Part shown: piece after piece, positions 1-8,440 of the stretch
How positions within the stretch are numbered: the stretch's first letter is position 1
How the letters are laid out: each line of letters opens with the position of its first letter
NCBI GenBank assembly: GCA_015233115.1
Contig: JADFYJ010000007.1
Span: forward strand, 40,885-104,884
Length of the DNA stretch: 64,000 nucleotides
Direction: 5' to 3'
Source: Candidatus Omnitrophota bacterium
Lineage (GTDB): Bacteria; Omnitrophota; Gorgyraeia; Zapsychrales; Zapsychraceae
Made by a program: the position numbers and the translations under genes
Notes under the pieces: generated by a model
What the model was told of the DNA's origin: nothing
The model's input: only the letters and a program-made list of their open reading frames with translations
The model's database searches: none

Positions 1-259
1 GCAATCCACCATAAACCCAATATTTTCTTCGCCGGTTTTAATCGACATTGATCATGACAGCAAATTAGAAATTGCGCTTAATTCCACAAATGGTAAGATT
101 TATTTATGGAAATACGACGGATCTGCCGTAGCCGGGTGGCCTAAACAAACCAATAGCGTATTTCTTACCTCTCCCGTTTTTGGTGATTTTGATAACGATG
201 GCAAACTCAATCTCATCGCGGCAGGGAACAAGTCCATTTATAAATGGAAATTACCATGA
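1..259 (+). CDS. 3' end of an FG-GAP/VCBS-repeat protein (partial, runs off window start)
   Basis: Frame +2 reads ...SSPVLIDIDHDSKLEI...GWPKQT...TSPVFGDFDNDGKLNLIAAG...WKLP*, two DxDxDG-type repeats; TGA at 257-259. Confidence 0.8.
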   Translation, partial: QSTINPIFSSPVLIDIDHDSKLEIALNSTNGKIYLWKYDGSAVAGWPKQTNSVFLTSPVFGDFDNDGKLNLIAAGNKSIYKWKLP

Positions 260-383
260 ATGATAAGATAATTTAAAAATTCAAGTCATGAATAATGGTT
301 CCCTGTTTTCTAAAACAATAAAAACAAATACTTTTAAGGTTGAATAAACAGCATAACCCAAAATTCATAATTTTTTATATTTC

Positions 384-412
384 TTGCATAGTATAGGGGG
401 GTATGGTATATT
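384..412 (+). promoter_or_regulatory. Putative promoter overlapped by a CsoR-type G-tract operator
   Basis: TTGCAT followed by TATAGGGGGGTATGGTATATT directly upstream of csoR; G/C tracts flanked by AT-rich arms are typical of CsoR/RcnR operators. Confidence 0.6.
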
Positions 413-481
413 TACATTGGAAGAAGTGAAAAGGAAAAAGTGAGAGTAAAGCAGAAGCGATTGACAAAAGAAAGGCCACAT

Positions 482-766
482 ATGCCGCAAATGACGACCC
501 ATGAAGAACAGTTGACCTACTTAAAAAAAATTGAAGGCCAGATTCGCGGTGTCCAAAAGATGATTGACGAAAAACGCTATTGCGTGGATATTATTACTCA
601 GATTCACTCGATCATCGGAGCGCTTTACCGGGTGGAAGGCGAAGTAATGAAAAAGCACATCGAAGGATGTGTGGCTGGCACGTTAAGCGGACAATCTAAA
701 GCAGAAAAAGAGAAAAAGATTCAGGAGATTGTGGAATTGCTGATAAGATCTAGGAGAGCAACTTAG
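482..766 (+). CDS. csoR: CsoR/RcnR family metal-sensing repressor
   Basis: LKKIEGQIRGVQKMI..YCVDII..HIEGC with Cys/His/Cys ligands; start reassigned to ATG 482. Confidence 0.88.
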   Translation: MPQMTTHEEQLTYLKKIEGQIRGVQKMIDEKRYCVDIITQIHSIIGALYRVEGEVMKKHIEGCVAGTLSGQSKAEKEKKIQEIVELLIRSRRAT

Positions 767-767
767 A

Positions 768-815
768 AAGTGGTAAACGTGGTAGAGGTATAAAGGTGAT
801 AAAGGTTGGTAGAAG
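768..815 (+). repeat. Nonamer tandem-repeat arm (GGTAAAGGT-like), unpaired left arm
   Basis: aagtggtaa acgtggtag aggtataa aggtgataa aggttggtag; first 15 nt identical to 40345-40359. Confidence 0.75.
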
Positions 816-828
816 CGAAAGAGGCGTT

Positions 829-1992
829 ATGAAAAAGGCGAATTATTTTCCAGTAATTATTATCATCACGGTTTTAATCATCGGCGGATATTTTGTGATG
901 CGCAATAACTTTTTTCCGAAAACGCAGGCACAAATGACTTATCAGGAAAAGGATATTTATTATTGTCCGATGCATCCTAATTTTACTTCGGACAAGCCTG
1001 GAAGCTGTTCGATCTGCGGGATGAATTTGGTCAAAAAAGAAAGGGCTGAAGCGCCTAAAACCAAATCTGAAAAAAAATTATTATATTACCGGAATCCTAT
1101 GGATCCGACTGTGACTTCGCCGGTAGCGATGAAAGACTCGATGGGCATGGATTATGTGCCGGTTTATTCCGAGGAAGCAACTGCCAACGAACCCGGCGTG
1201 TACGTCAGTCCCGAAAAGCAGCAACTCATTGGAGTCGCTACGGAAAAAATTGCCAAAAAGCATTTGATCTATTCCATCAATACCGTCGGGAAAGTGGCTT
1301 ATCCTTTGGATTTTTACGCAGATCAAGCTCAATATATATTAGACTTGAAAACAGCTCTAAATTCATTCAACGGATCGTTAAGAGCTTTTAGTTTGCAAGC
1401 CAATCCGTCCATTCAAGCCAGCCGGAAAAAACTTCTTTTACAAGGCATGACGCAATCGGATATCGATCTGTTAGTTAAAAATCGTAAGTTGCAGAATAAT
1501 ATTCCCTGGCAGAGTTTGAGCGAAAGAACCATTGTTTATATGACGATCTATGAATACGAAATCAGCCAGATTAAAAATGGCGCTGCGGTTGAGATCAGCG
1601 CGTCTGCTTATCCGGGTGAAATATTTAAAGGAAGCATAAGCGCTGTTCCGGAAGTGCTTAATCCGGAAACCCGGTCCTTACAAGTCCGCGCTGAAGTCAG
1701 TGATCCCGGACGTAAACTTAAACCGGATATGTTTGTCGATGCCAAAATCTTAACTGATTTGGGAGAGAAATTAGCTTTGCCGGTATCTGCTGTGCTGGAT
1801 ACAGGGACAAAGAAAATTGTTTATATCAAAACCGACAACGATAGAATTTCTCCACAGGAAGTCGTTACCGGACAAAAAACGGATGATTATTATGAAATCA
1901 TCAGCGGAGTTCATGAAGGGGACGATGTCATAACCAGCGGAAATTTTCTCATTGATTCAGAATCAAAGTTAAACAGTATGATAAAAAATTAA
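829..1992 (+). CDS. cusB: CusB-type RND periplasmic adaptor with two heavy-metal-binding motifs
   Basis: N-terminal TM, YYCPMHP..CSICGMNLV and YYRNPMDP..DSMGMDYVPVY, LKPDMF, SGNFLIDSES; start ATG 829 after GAGG. Confidence 0.88.
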   Translation: MKKANYFPVIIIITVLIIGGYFVMRNNFFPKTQAQMTYQEKDIYYCPMHPNFTSDKPGSCSICGMNLVKKERAEAPKTKSEKKLLYYRNPMDPTVTSPVAMKDSMGMDYVPVYSEEATANEPGVYVSPEKQQLIGVATEKIAKKHLIYSINTVGKVAYPLDFYADQAQYILDLKTALNSFNGSLRAFSLQANPSIQASRKKLLLQGMTQSDIDLLVKNRKLQNNIPWQSLSERTIVYMTIYEYEISQIKNGAAVEISASAYPGEIFKGSISAVPEVLNPETRSLQVRAEVSDPGRKLKPDMFVDAKILTDLGEKLALPVSAVLDTGTKKIVYIKTDNDRISPQEVVTGQKTDDYYEIISGVHEGDDVITSGNFLIDSESKLNSMIKN

Positions 1993-2006
1993 TAACCTAT
2001 AACACT

Positions 2007-2038
2007 CCGCGTCGGTGGACTTTGGTCCACCGACGCGG
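2007..2038. repeat. Perfect 14-bp GC-rich hairpin between cusB and cusA
   Basis: ccgcgtcggtggac-tttg-gtccaccgacgcgg, no U-tract. Confidence 0.8.
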
Positions 2039-2050
2039 TGGTCCATCGGT

Positions 2051-5000
2051 ATGATAGAAAAAATTATAGAATTTTCAGCTAAAAATAAGTATCTCATCAT
2101 TATCCTGGCGATTGTCGCCATGCTGGGGGCCGTATATTGCATAAAAAATATTCCCCTCGATGCCATTCCTGATTTGTCAGACACTCAAGTCATAATTTAT
2201 TCCAAATGGGACAGATCACCGGATATTATCGAAGACCAGGTGACTTATCCGATCATTACCGCCATGCTGGGTGCGCCTAAGGTTAAAGCAATCCGCGGAT
2301 TTTCAGATTTTGGATTTTCGTATGTTTATGTGATTTTTCAGGATGGGACCGATATTTATTGGGCACGCAGCCGTGTTCTTGAATATTTAAGCAAAATTAA
2401 TTCCCGTCTTCCGGAAGGTGTTAAAACCGAATTAGGGCCGGATGCTACCGGCGTAGGATGGGTATATGAATATGCCTTAGTTGATAAAACCGGAAAAAAT
2501 AATCTGGCGCAATTGCGCACTTTCCAGGATTGGTATATGCGCTATTGGCTGCAAAGCGTGCCGGGTGTAGCGGAGGTCGCGTCGATCGGCGGCTTCCAGA
2601 AACAATATCAGGTCAATATCAATCCCAATGCCCTCTTGGCTTACAATATCCCTTTGACTAAAGTCATGGATGCAGTCCGCAAAGGAAATAATGATGTGGG
2701 CGGGCGGGTCGTGGAATTCTCCGGTGCGGAATATATGGTGAGGGGCAGAGGATATATTAAATCTGTCAAAGATATAGAAAACATTTCTATCGGCAATACA
2801 ACCAACGGAACGCCCATCTTTATTAAAAACGTTGCCTCAGTCGTATTAGGCCCGGATATCCGACGCGGAGTGGCTGATCTTGACGGCCAGGGTGATACAG
2901 TTGGCGGTATTGTGGTCATGCGTTCCGGCGAAAATGCTTTAAATGTCATTAACCGCGTCAAAGCCAAAATTCAAGATGTTAAAGCCTCACTTCCCCCGGG
3001 TGTAGAAGTTGTGACCACCTATGACCGTTCAGACCTTATTAAACGCTCTATTGATACATTGAAACATCAACTAATCGAAGAGATGATTATCGTCAGCTTT
3101 GTAATTTTATTATTTTTGTGGCACTTTCCGTCAGCCGTCATTCCCATTGTGACCATTCCGATTGCCGTACTTTTATCGTTTATCCCTATGTTTGGTCTGA
3201 AACTAACATCTAATATTATGTCCTTGTCCGGTATAGCAATATCAATCGGGGTACTTGTCGACGGCGCGATTGTTGAGGTAGAAAATGCTTACAAAAAACT
3301 TCAGCTTTGGGAAGAAGGGGGACGAAAGGGTGATTTCAAAGTTATCCGCTTAAACGCGCTTAAAGAAGTCGGGCCGTCGGTATTTTTTTCCCTTTTAGTC
3401 ATTGCCGTCGCTTTTATTCCGGTTTTTACATTAATTGACCAGGAAGGCAGACTGTTCAAACCTTTAGCGTTCAGCAAAACTTTTGCCATGGCTATCGCCG
3501 CGATCTTAGCCATTACGCTCGATCCAGCTATGCGAATGTTGTTTACCAGAATGGACCATAAAAATTTTAAACCTGCCTGGCTGTCAAAAATTTTTAATGC
3601 CGTTACAGTGGGAAAATATTATCCGGAAGAAAAACATCCGGTCAGTAAAATATTGTTCAAAATTTATGAACCAGTTTGCAGCTGGGTTTTAAAATACCGC
3701 AAAACCACTATTATCGCTGCTATTCTCCTTGTGCTCGCGACTGTGCCAGTTTTTTTAAAACTCGGTACTGAATTCATGCCGCCATTAAATGAGGGAAGTA
3801 TCTTATATATGCCGACTACCTTGCCCGGTATATCCGTCACAGAAAGCCAGAAACTACTGCAAAAAATGGATCAGGTTATTAAAACCGTTCCCGAAGTTGA
3901 ACGCGTGTTCGGTAAAGCCGGACGAGCGGAAACCTCGACTGACCCAGCGCCGTTTTCCATGATGGAAACAACCATTGTGCTGAAACCTGAAGACCAATGG
4001 AGAAAAATTGACCGCTGGTATTCCAAACTGCCTTCATTTTTGCAAACGCCGTTTAAGCCAATCTGGAAAGAACATATCAGCATAGAAGACGTAGTAGCTG
4101 ATCTCGACCAGAGAATGAGATTTCCCGGAGTAACGAACGCGTGGACCATGCCGATCAAAGCCAGAATAGATATGCTCTCGACCGGCGTGCGAACTCCTAT
4201 CGGCATTAAAGTGTTTGGCTCTGATTTAAAACAGATTGAGATCATCGGTTTGCAACTAGAAAAAATCATGAAAAAAATAAAGGGTACCCGTTCTGTTTAT
4301 GCCGAACGCGTGACCGGCGGATACTTTGTTGATTTCGATATTAAACGCGAAGCCATTGCCCGTTATGGTTTATCAATTTCTGATGTTGAAGAAATAATTA
4401 CATCCGCGATCGGTGGCGATACCTTAACAACCACAGTAGAAGGAAGGGAGCGTTATTCGGTTAATGTCCGTTATGCCCGCGCGTTTCGCGATGATTTGGA
4501 TAAATTGCGTCGGGTGCTTGTACCAACTGCTGCAGGCCAGCAAATTCCTTTAGGTCAATTGGCAGATATTCATTTAAGCCTGGGTCCGGCCATGATCCGG
4601 GATGAAAACGGCATGTTATCCGGCTATGTTTACGTTGATATCGCTGATCGTGACGTCGGAAGTTTTGTCGCTGAAGCCAAAACCATCACCCAGCAGACTC
4701 TTAAAATTCCCACCGGTTATTCTCTTATCTGGAGCGGCCAATATGAAAATATGCTGCGGGTTAGGGAACGCTTAAAAATTGTTATCCCGATTACTTTATT
4801 CATCATTTTTATGCTTCTTTATATGAATACAAAATCGCCGGTTAAAGCCGGGATTGTTATGCTGGCCGTTCCATTTTCTTTGGTCGGTGCTGTTTGGTTT
4901 TTATATTTTCTTCACTACAATGTTTCCATCGCGGTATGGGTCGGCATGATCGCGCTCATGGGTTTGGACGCAGAAACCGGAGTATTCATGCTCATGTTTT

Positions 5001-5320
5001 TGGATATGTCATATAATGATGCTGTCTTGCGCGGTAAAATGAACACAGACGCAGATCTTAAAGCCGCGATTATTCATGGCGCGGTTAAACGCATCCGCCC
5101 GAAAATGATGACAGTCATGGCCATGTTTATGGGTTTAATTCCCATCATGTGGTCATTAGGAACAGGCGCTGATATGATGAAACGCATTGCCGCGCCCATG
5201 ATCGGCGGCGTGTTTACCAGTTTTATTATGGAACTATTGGTTTTCCCGCCAATATACGCGATTTGGAAGAAGCGGGAAATGAAAAAGTCAGAAGTCAAAC
5301 GTCAGAAGTCAGAAATATAA
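2051..5320 (+). CDS. cusA: CusA/CzcA heavy-metal efflux RND transporter
   Basis: LDAIPDLSDTQVII, LGPDATGVGWVYEY, RIRPKMMT, MKRIAAPMIGG; start reassigned to ATG 2051 (MIEKII). Confidence 0.95.
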   Translation: MIEKIIEFSAKNKYLIIILAIVAMLGAVYCIKNIPLDAIPDLSDTQVIIYSKWDRSPDIIEDQVTYPIITAMLGAPKVKAIRGFSDFGFSYVYVIFQDGTDIYWARSRVLEYLSKINSRLPEGVKTELGPDATGVGWVYEYALVDKTGKNNLAQLRTFQDWYMRYWLQSVPGVAEVASIGGFQKQYQVNINPNALLAYNIPLTKVMDAVRKGNNDVGGRVVEFSGAEYMVRGRGYIKSVKDIENISIGNTTNGTPIFIKNVASVVLGPDIRRGVADLDGQGDTVGGIVVMRSGENALNVINRVKAKIQDVKASLPPGVEVVTTYDRSDLIKRSIDTLKHQLIEEMIIVSFVILLFLWHFPSAVIPIVTIPIAVLLSFIPMFGLKLTSNIMSLSGIAISIGVLVDGAIVEVENAYKKLQLWEEGGRKGDFKVIRLNALKEVGPSVFFSLLVIAVAFIPVFTLIDQEGRLFKPLAFSKTFAMAIAAILAITLDPAMRMLFTRMDHKNFKPAWLSKIFNAVTVGKYYPEEKHPVSKILFKIYEPVCSWVLKYRKTTIIAAILLVLATVPVFLKLGTEFMPPLNEGSILYMPTTLPGISVTESQKLLQKMDQVIKTVPEVERVFGKAGRAETSTDPAPFSMMETTIVLKPEDQWRKIDRWYSKLPSFLQTPFKPIWKEHISIEDVVADLDQRMRFPGVTNAWTMPIKARIDMLSTGVRTPIGIKVFGSDLKQIEIIGLQLEKIMKKIKGTRSVYAERVTGGYFVDFDIKREAIARYGLSISDVEEIITSAIGGDTLTTTVEGRERYSVNVRYARAFRDDLDKLRRVLVPTAAGQQIPLGQLADIHLSLGPAMIRDENGMLSGYVYVDIADRDVGSFVAEAKTITQQTLKIPTGYSLIWSGQYENMLRVRERLKIVIPITLFIIFMLLYMNTKSPVKAGIVMLAVPFSLVGAVWFLYFLHYNVSIAVWVGMIALMGLDAETGVFMLMFLDMSYNDAVLRGKMNTDADLKAAIIHGAVKRIRPKMMTVMAMFMGLIPIMWSLGTGADMMKRIAAPMIGGVFTSFIMELLVFPPIYAIWKKREMKKSEVKRQKSEI

Positions 5321-5374
5321 AAAAAATTTAAAAATTGTTTACCAAAAACCAACAACCAAAAACTATCAACCAAC
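5283..5374 (+). repeat. Hybrid heptamer element: AGAAGTC-type left arm (inside cusA 3' end) plus ACCAAAA-type right arm
   Basis: aaaagtc agaagtc aaacgtc agaagtc agaaat ... accaaaa accaaca accaaaa actatca accaac. Confidence 0.75.
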
Positions 5375-5400
5375 ATATTAAACATGTAAAGGAGCATTAA

Positions 5401-5736
5401 ATGTCAAAAAAATTTTTAATTATCGCAGGAACTGTAACGTTCGTATTAGCATTGAGTCATTTGTCATTTGCGGATGATATGGCTAACAATTGTCCCATGA
5501 AAAAACCTGCCGCGACGGCTGACGCCACAAAGGCAGCTGCTGTAAATGTTGGCAACAAGATTTGTCCTGTGTCAGGCATGAATGTTAACAGCATGAGCCC
5601 GGTCACTTACGAATATGAAGGGAAGATTTACAATTTCTGCTGTGCCGGATGTATTGACGAATTCAAGAAAGATCCTAAAAAATACATACAAAAAATTGAA
5701 GCTGAGCTTAAAAACCCGGCCGAACAAAAAAAATAA
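5401..5736 (+). CDS. Exported YHS-domain protein (metal chaperone-like)
   Basis: Signal peptide, NKICPVSG..YEGKIYNFCCAGCIDEFKKDPKKY; RBS AAGGAG. Confidence 0.88.
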   Translation: MSKKFLIIAGTVTFVLALSHLSFADDMANNCPMKKPAATADATKAAAVNVGNKICPVSGMNVNSMSPVTYEYEGKIYNFCCAGCIDEFKKDPKKYIQKIEAELKNPAEQKK

Positions 5737-5744
5737 CGTACCCC

Positions 5745-5794
5745 TTGCATCAGGTCTTTGTCCATGCTATGCTTAGTATGAAATTTCATACTAA
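5745..5794 (+). promoter_or_regulatory. Sigma70-like promoter plus perfect 22-bp palindromic operator
   Basis: TTGCAT(5745)-17 bp-TATGCT with extended TG; ttagtatgaaa|tttcatactaa at 5773-5794, upstream of the AbrB-family gene. Confidence 0.65.
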
Positions 5795-5820
5795 TCAGAT
5801 AAATCAAACCTGGAGCAAGC

Positions 5821-6039
5821 ATGAACAAAGACCTGAATAAAAAAATTTTTGGTTCTGTTAACGTCGGCGAACGTGGACAAGTTGTAATCCCGGCGGACAT
5901 CCGTAAATCGCTCAATATCAAAGCGGGTGACAAATTGATCGTGATTTCAAAACCAAACATGATTAGTTTGATCCCCACGGATACTTTTGATGAATTTTTA
6001 ACCCAAGCCACCGAACTTTCTAAAAAAATAAAAAAATAG
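5821..6039 (+). CDS. AbrB/MazE/SpoVT family DNA-binding protein
   Basis: GSVNVGERGQVVIPADIRKSLNIKAGDKL motif. Confidence 0.9.
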   Translation: MNKDLNKKIFGSVNVGERGQVVIPADIRKSLNIKAGDKLIVISKPNMISLIPTDTFDEFLTQATELSKKIKK

Positions 6040-6044
6040 ATCTT

Positions 6045-7316
6045 ATGAAAAAGTTTATTTCTCTATTAATGTTGATCGGACTGTTTCCGGCCTTATGTCT
6101 TGGTAATGAACCAACCATATTGTCGTGGACCGATTGCCTCAAAGAAACAGTCAAAAATAATCCGGATTTAATTGTCGCAGAAAAAAGCCTGGAGCAAACC
6201 CGGGCCGCCAAAGATATTACGGCCAGCGGATTGTACCCGCAAATTGACGCGAGCGCGTCAGCGTCACGGACTAAAAACAAATCCAGCAACGCCTCAACAA
6301 TCGGCAATTCATTCGGATATGGCGCATCTGCCCGCCAACTTATTTTTGACGGGTTTAAGACCATCAATAATGTTAATGCGGCAAAACAAAATATCCTCGC
6401 GGCAAAACAAACGTATCGATTCGCGTCCGTTGATATCCGACTCAACCTTAAACAAGCGTACATAAATTTAATGCGAGCCCAGGAGATGATTAAAGTTGAC
6501 GAAGAAATTGTCCAGATCCGTAAAGGTTCATTAGATCTCGTGACTCTACAGTATGAGTCCGGATTGGAACATCAGGGAGCGTTACTGACCGCGCAAGCCA
6601 GTATGGCGCAAGCCGAAGCGTCGCTTCATGCCGCTGAGCGCGACCTTGAATTAGCCCAGCGCCAATTGAACCGCCAAATCGGTCGAAAAGAATTCACATT
6701 TATTGCTGTTAATGCCAATTTTAAATTAGCTGAACCAACGGCTCAAAAGCCGGATTTCGACGCTATTATCAAAAATCATCCGTCTGTCTTACAAGCCATT
6801 GCCAGACATAATGCGGCTCAATACAATTTAAAAAGTGCGTACGCGAATTTTCTTCCGTCCATTTCCGCCCAAGCTGACGCGGGTAAAAGTGGGGCAAAAT
6901 GGACGCCGCAAAACGAACAACTCGGCGCAGGATTTACCGTAACTATGCCTATTTTTGAAGGCGGTTTGCATAAAGCTCAAACTGTTCAAGCGTCAGCCGC
7001 TTTAGCCCAAGCCGCATTCCAGGAACAAATCACGGCCGAAGATACACTATTAACCATGCGGCAAAACTGGAATATCTTACTTAATTCATCCGAAAACGTC
7101 GACGTTCAATTTAAATCACTCAATGCCGCGCAAGAACGATCTAAAATCGCGCAAATGCAATATTCAACCGGCTTTATTACCTATGATAACTGGACCATCA
7201 TTGAAGATAATCTGGTGCAAGCTAAAAATACTTATTTATCAGCTCAAGTGAATGCGTTGTTAGCGGAAGCCAATTGGATTCACGCGAAAGGAGAAACGTT
7301 AGAATATGCGAATTAA
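6045..7316 (+). CDS. TolC family outer membrane efflux protein
   Basis: Signal peptide, NNPDL, LYPQIDA, two OEP repeats, TMPIFEGG. Confidence 0.88.
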   Translation: MKKFISLLMLIGLFPALCLGNEPTILSWTDCLKETVKNNPDLIVAEKSLEQTRAAKDITASGLYPQIDASASASRTKNKSSNASTIGNSFGYGASARQLIFDGFKTINNVNAAKQNILAAKQTYRFASVDIRLNLKQAYINLMRAQEMIKVDEEIVQIRKGSLDLVTLQYESGLEHQGALLTAQASMAQAEASLHAAERDLELAQRQLNRQIGRKEFTFIAVNANFKLAEPTAQKPDFDAIIKNHPSVLQAIARHNAAQYNLKSAYANFLPSISAQADAGKSGAKWTPQNEQLGAGFTVTMPIFEGGLHKAQTVQASAALAQAAFQEQITAEDTLLTMRQNWNILLNSSENVDVQFKSLNAAQERSKIAQMQYSTGFITYDNWTIIEDNLVQAKNTYLSAQVNALLAEANWIHAKGETLEYAN

Positions 7317-8259
7317 TAAATTTTTAATAATGACCATTTTGATATGCTTTATTGCTGGAGGTTTTTGGTTCGTAAAAACGCGTAATAAAGCGAATGCCAA
7401 TACATCTAGCCAGGAAATTGCGCCAACCATTGGCAAGATTCAAACTTTTATTTCTACCACTGGAGATATCCTGCCGAAAAACCGTCTGGAAGTCAAGCCG
7501 CCGGTCAATGGCAGAATTGAAAGCGTAACAGTCAAAGAAGGCGACCATGTTAAAACCGGACAAATCGTAGCCTGGATGAGTTCAACCGACCGCGCCGCTT
7601 TACTCGATGCCGCTAGGGGAAAAAATGATCAATCATTAGAATATTGGCAAAATATATATAAACCGATTGCTTTAGTCGCGCCCATTGATGGCGACATAAT
7701 TGTCGCGACCATCCAACCTGGGCAAACCGTCACTGTATCCGATGCTGTTGTGGTCATATCTGATCAGCTGATCGCCCGCGCTCAAGTGGATGAAACAGAT
7801 ATAGGGAAAATCGTTTTAGGGCAAAAAGCAACTGTCACCTTGGACGCTTATCCGGACACCAAACTTAAAGCTGTGGTTGAACATTTATATTATGAATCAA
7901 CAACCGTCAACAATGTGACCATTTATAACGTTGATTTAACACTCGCGAATATTCCCGCGTTTTGCCGGTCAGGCATGAACGCGACGATTGATTTTAGAGA
8001 TAAATTTAAAAAAGATATTATGCTTTTGCCCGTAGATGTTGTTAAAGTTCAAAAAACCGGTGCTTACGTTATGGTTAAGACCGGACCAGGAAAGTCTGAA
8101 AAACGCACAGTCACAGTCGGGATAACGGACAATACCAATATAGAAATCGTCTCCGGCCTGACCACAAATGATATTGTGGTGGCCCAAAATAAAAAATTCG
8201 TTATGCCAAAATCAACCGGCGCAAATCCATTTATGCCGGCGAGACGGCCAAATAAATAA
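7306..8259 (+). CDS. macA: MacA-like periplasmic adaptor
   Basis: VKPPVNGRIESVTVKEGDHVKTGQ, VDETDIGKIVLGQ, LDAYP; upstream of macB. Confidence 0.8.
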   Translation: MRINKFLIMTILICFIAGGFWFVKTRNKANANTSSQEIAPTIGKIQTFISTTGDILPKNRLEVKPPVNGRIESVTVKEGDHVKTGQIVAWMSSTDRAALLDAARGKNDQSLEYWQNIYKPIALVAPIDGDIIVATIQPGQTVTVSDAVVVISDQLIARAQVDETDIGKIVLGQKATVTLDAYPDTKLKAVVEHLYYESTTVNNVTIYNVDLTLANIPAFCRSGMNATIDFRDKFKKDIMLLPVDVVKVQKTGAYVMVKTGPGKSEKRTVTVGITDNTNIEIVSGLTTNDIVVAQNKKFVMPKSTGANPFMPARRPNK

Positions 8260-8263
8260 GCAG

Positions 8264-8424
8264 GTAGTATGTAGCATGTCGTATGTAGTAAAAAAAATTG
8301 ATTTAAAAAATAAAAAACAAAAAAATGATAATTAAAAACCAAAAACTCATATTTCACGTTTTATATTTAAGCTTTTGTTTGTTTTTGTTTTTCTCTACAT
8401 ACTACATACTACGAACCACATACT
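8264..8424. repeat. TAGTATG/CATACTA heptamer inverted-arm element
   Basis: gtagtat gtagcat gtcgtat gtagta ...AT-rich... ctacat actacat actacga accacat act. Confidence 0.85.
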
Positions 8425-8440
8425 TATAAAATTGATACAT

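Noticed and set aside
5821-6039. MazE/VapB antitoxin of a TA pair
   Set aside because: No adjacent toxin gene; next gene is TolC
8375-8440. N-terminal extensions in the ORF track (macB, also csoR, cusB, cusA, yceI, pilZ, hom, gpsA)
   Set aside because: They translate repeat arms, hairpins, tRNAs or upstream genes; downstream ATGs fit family starts better
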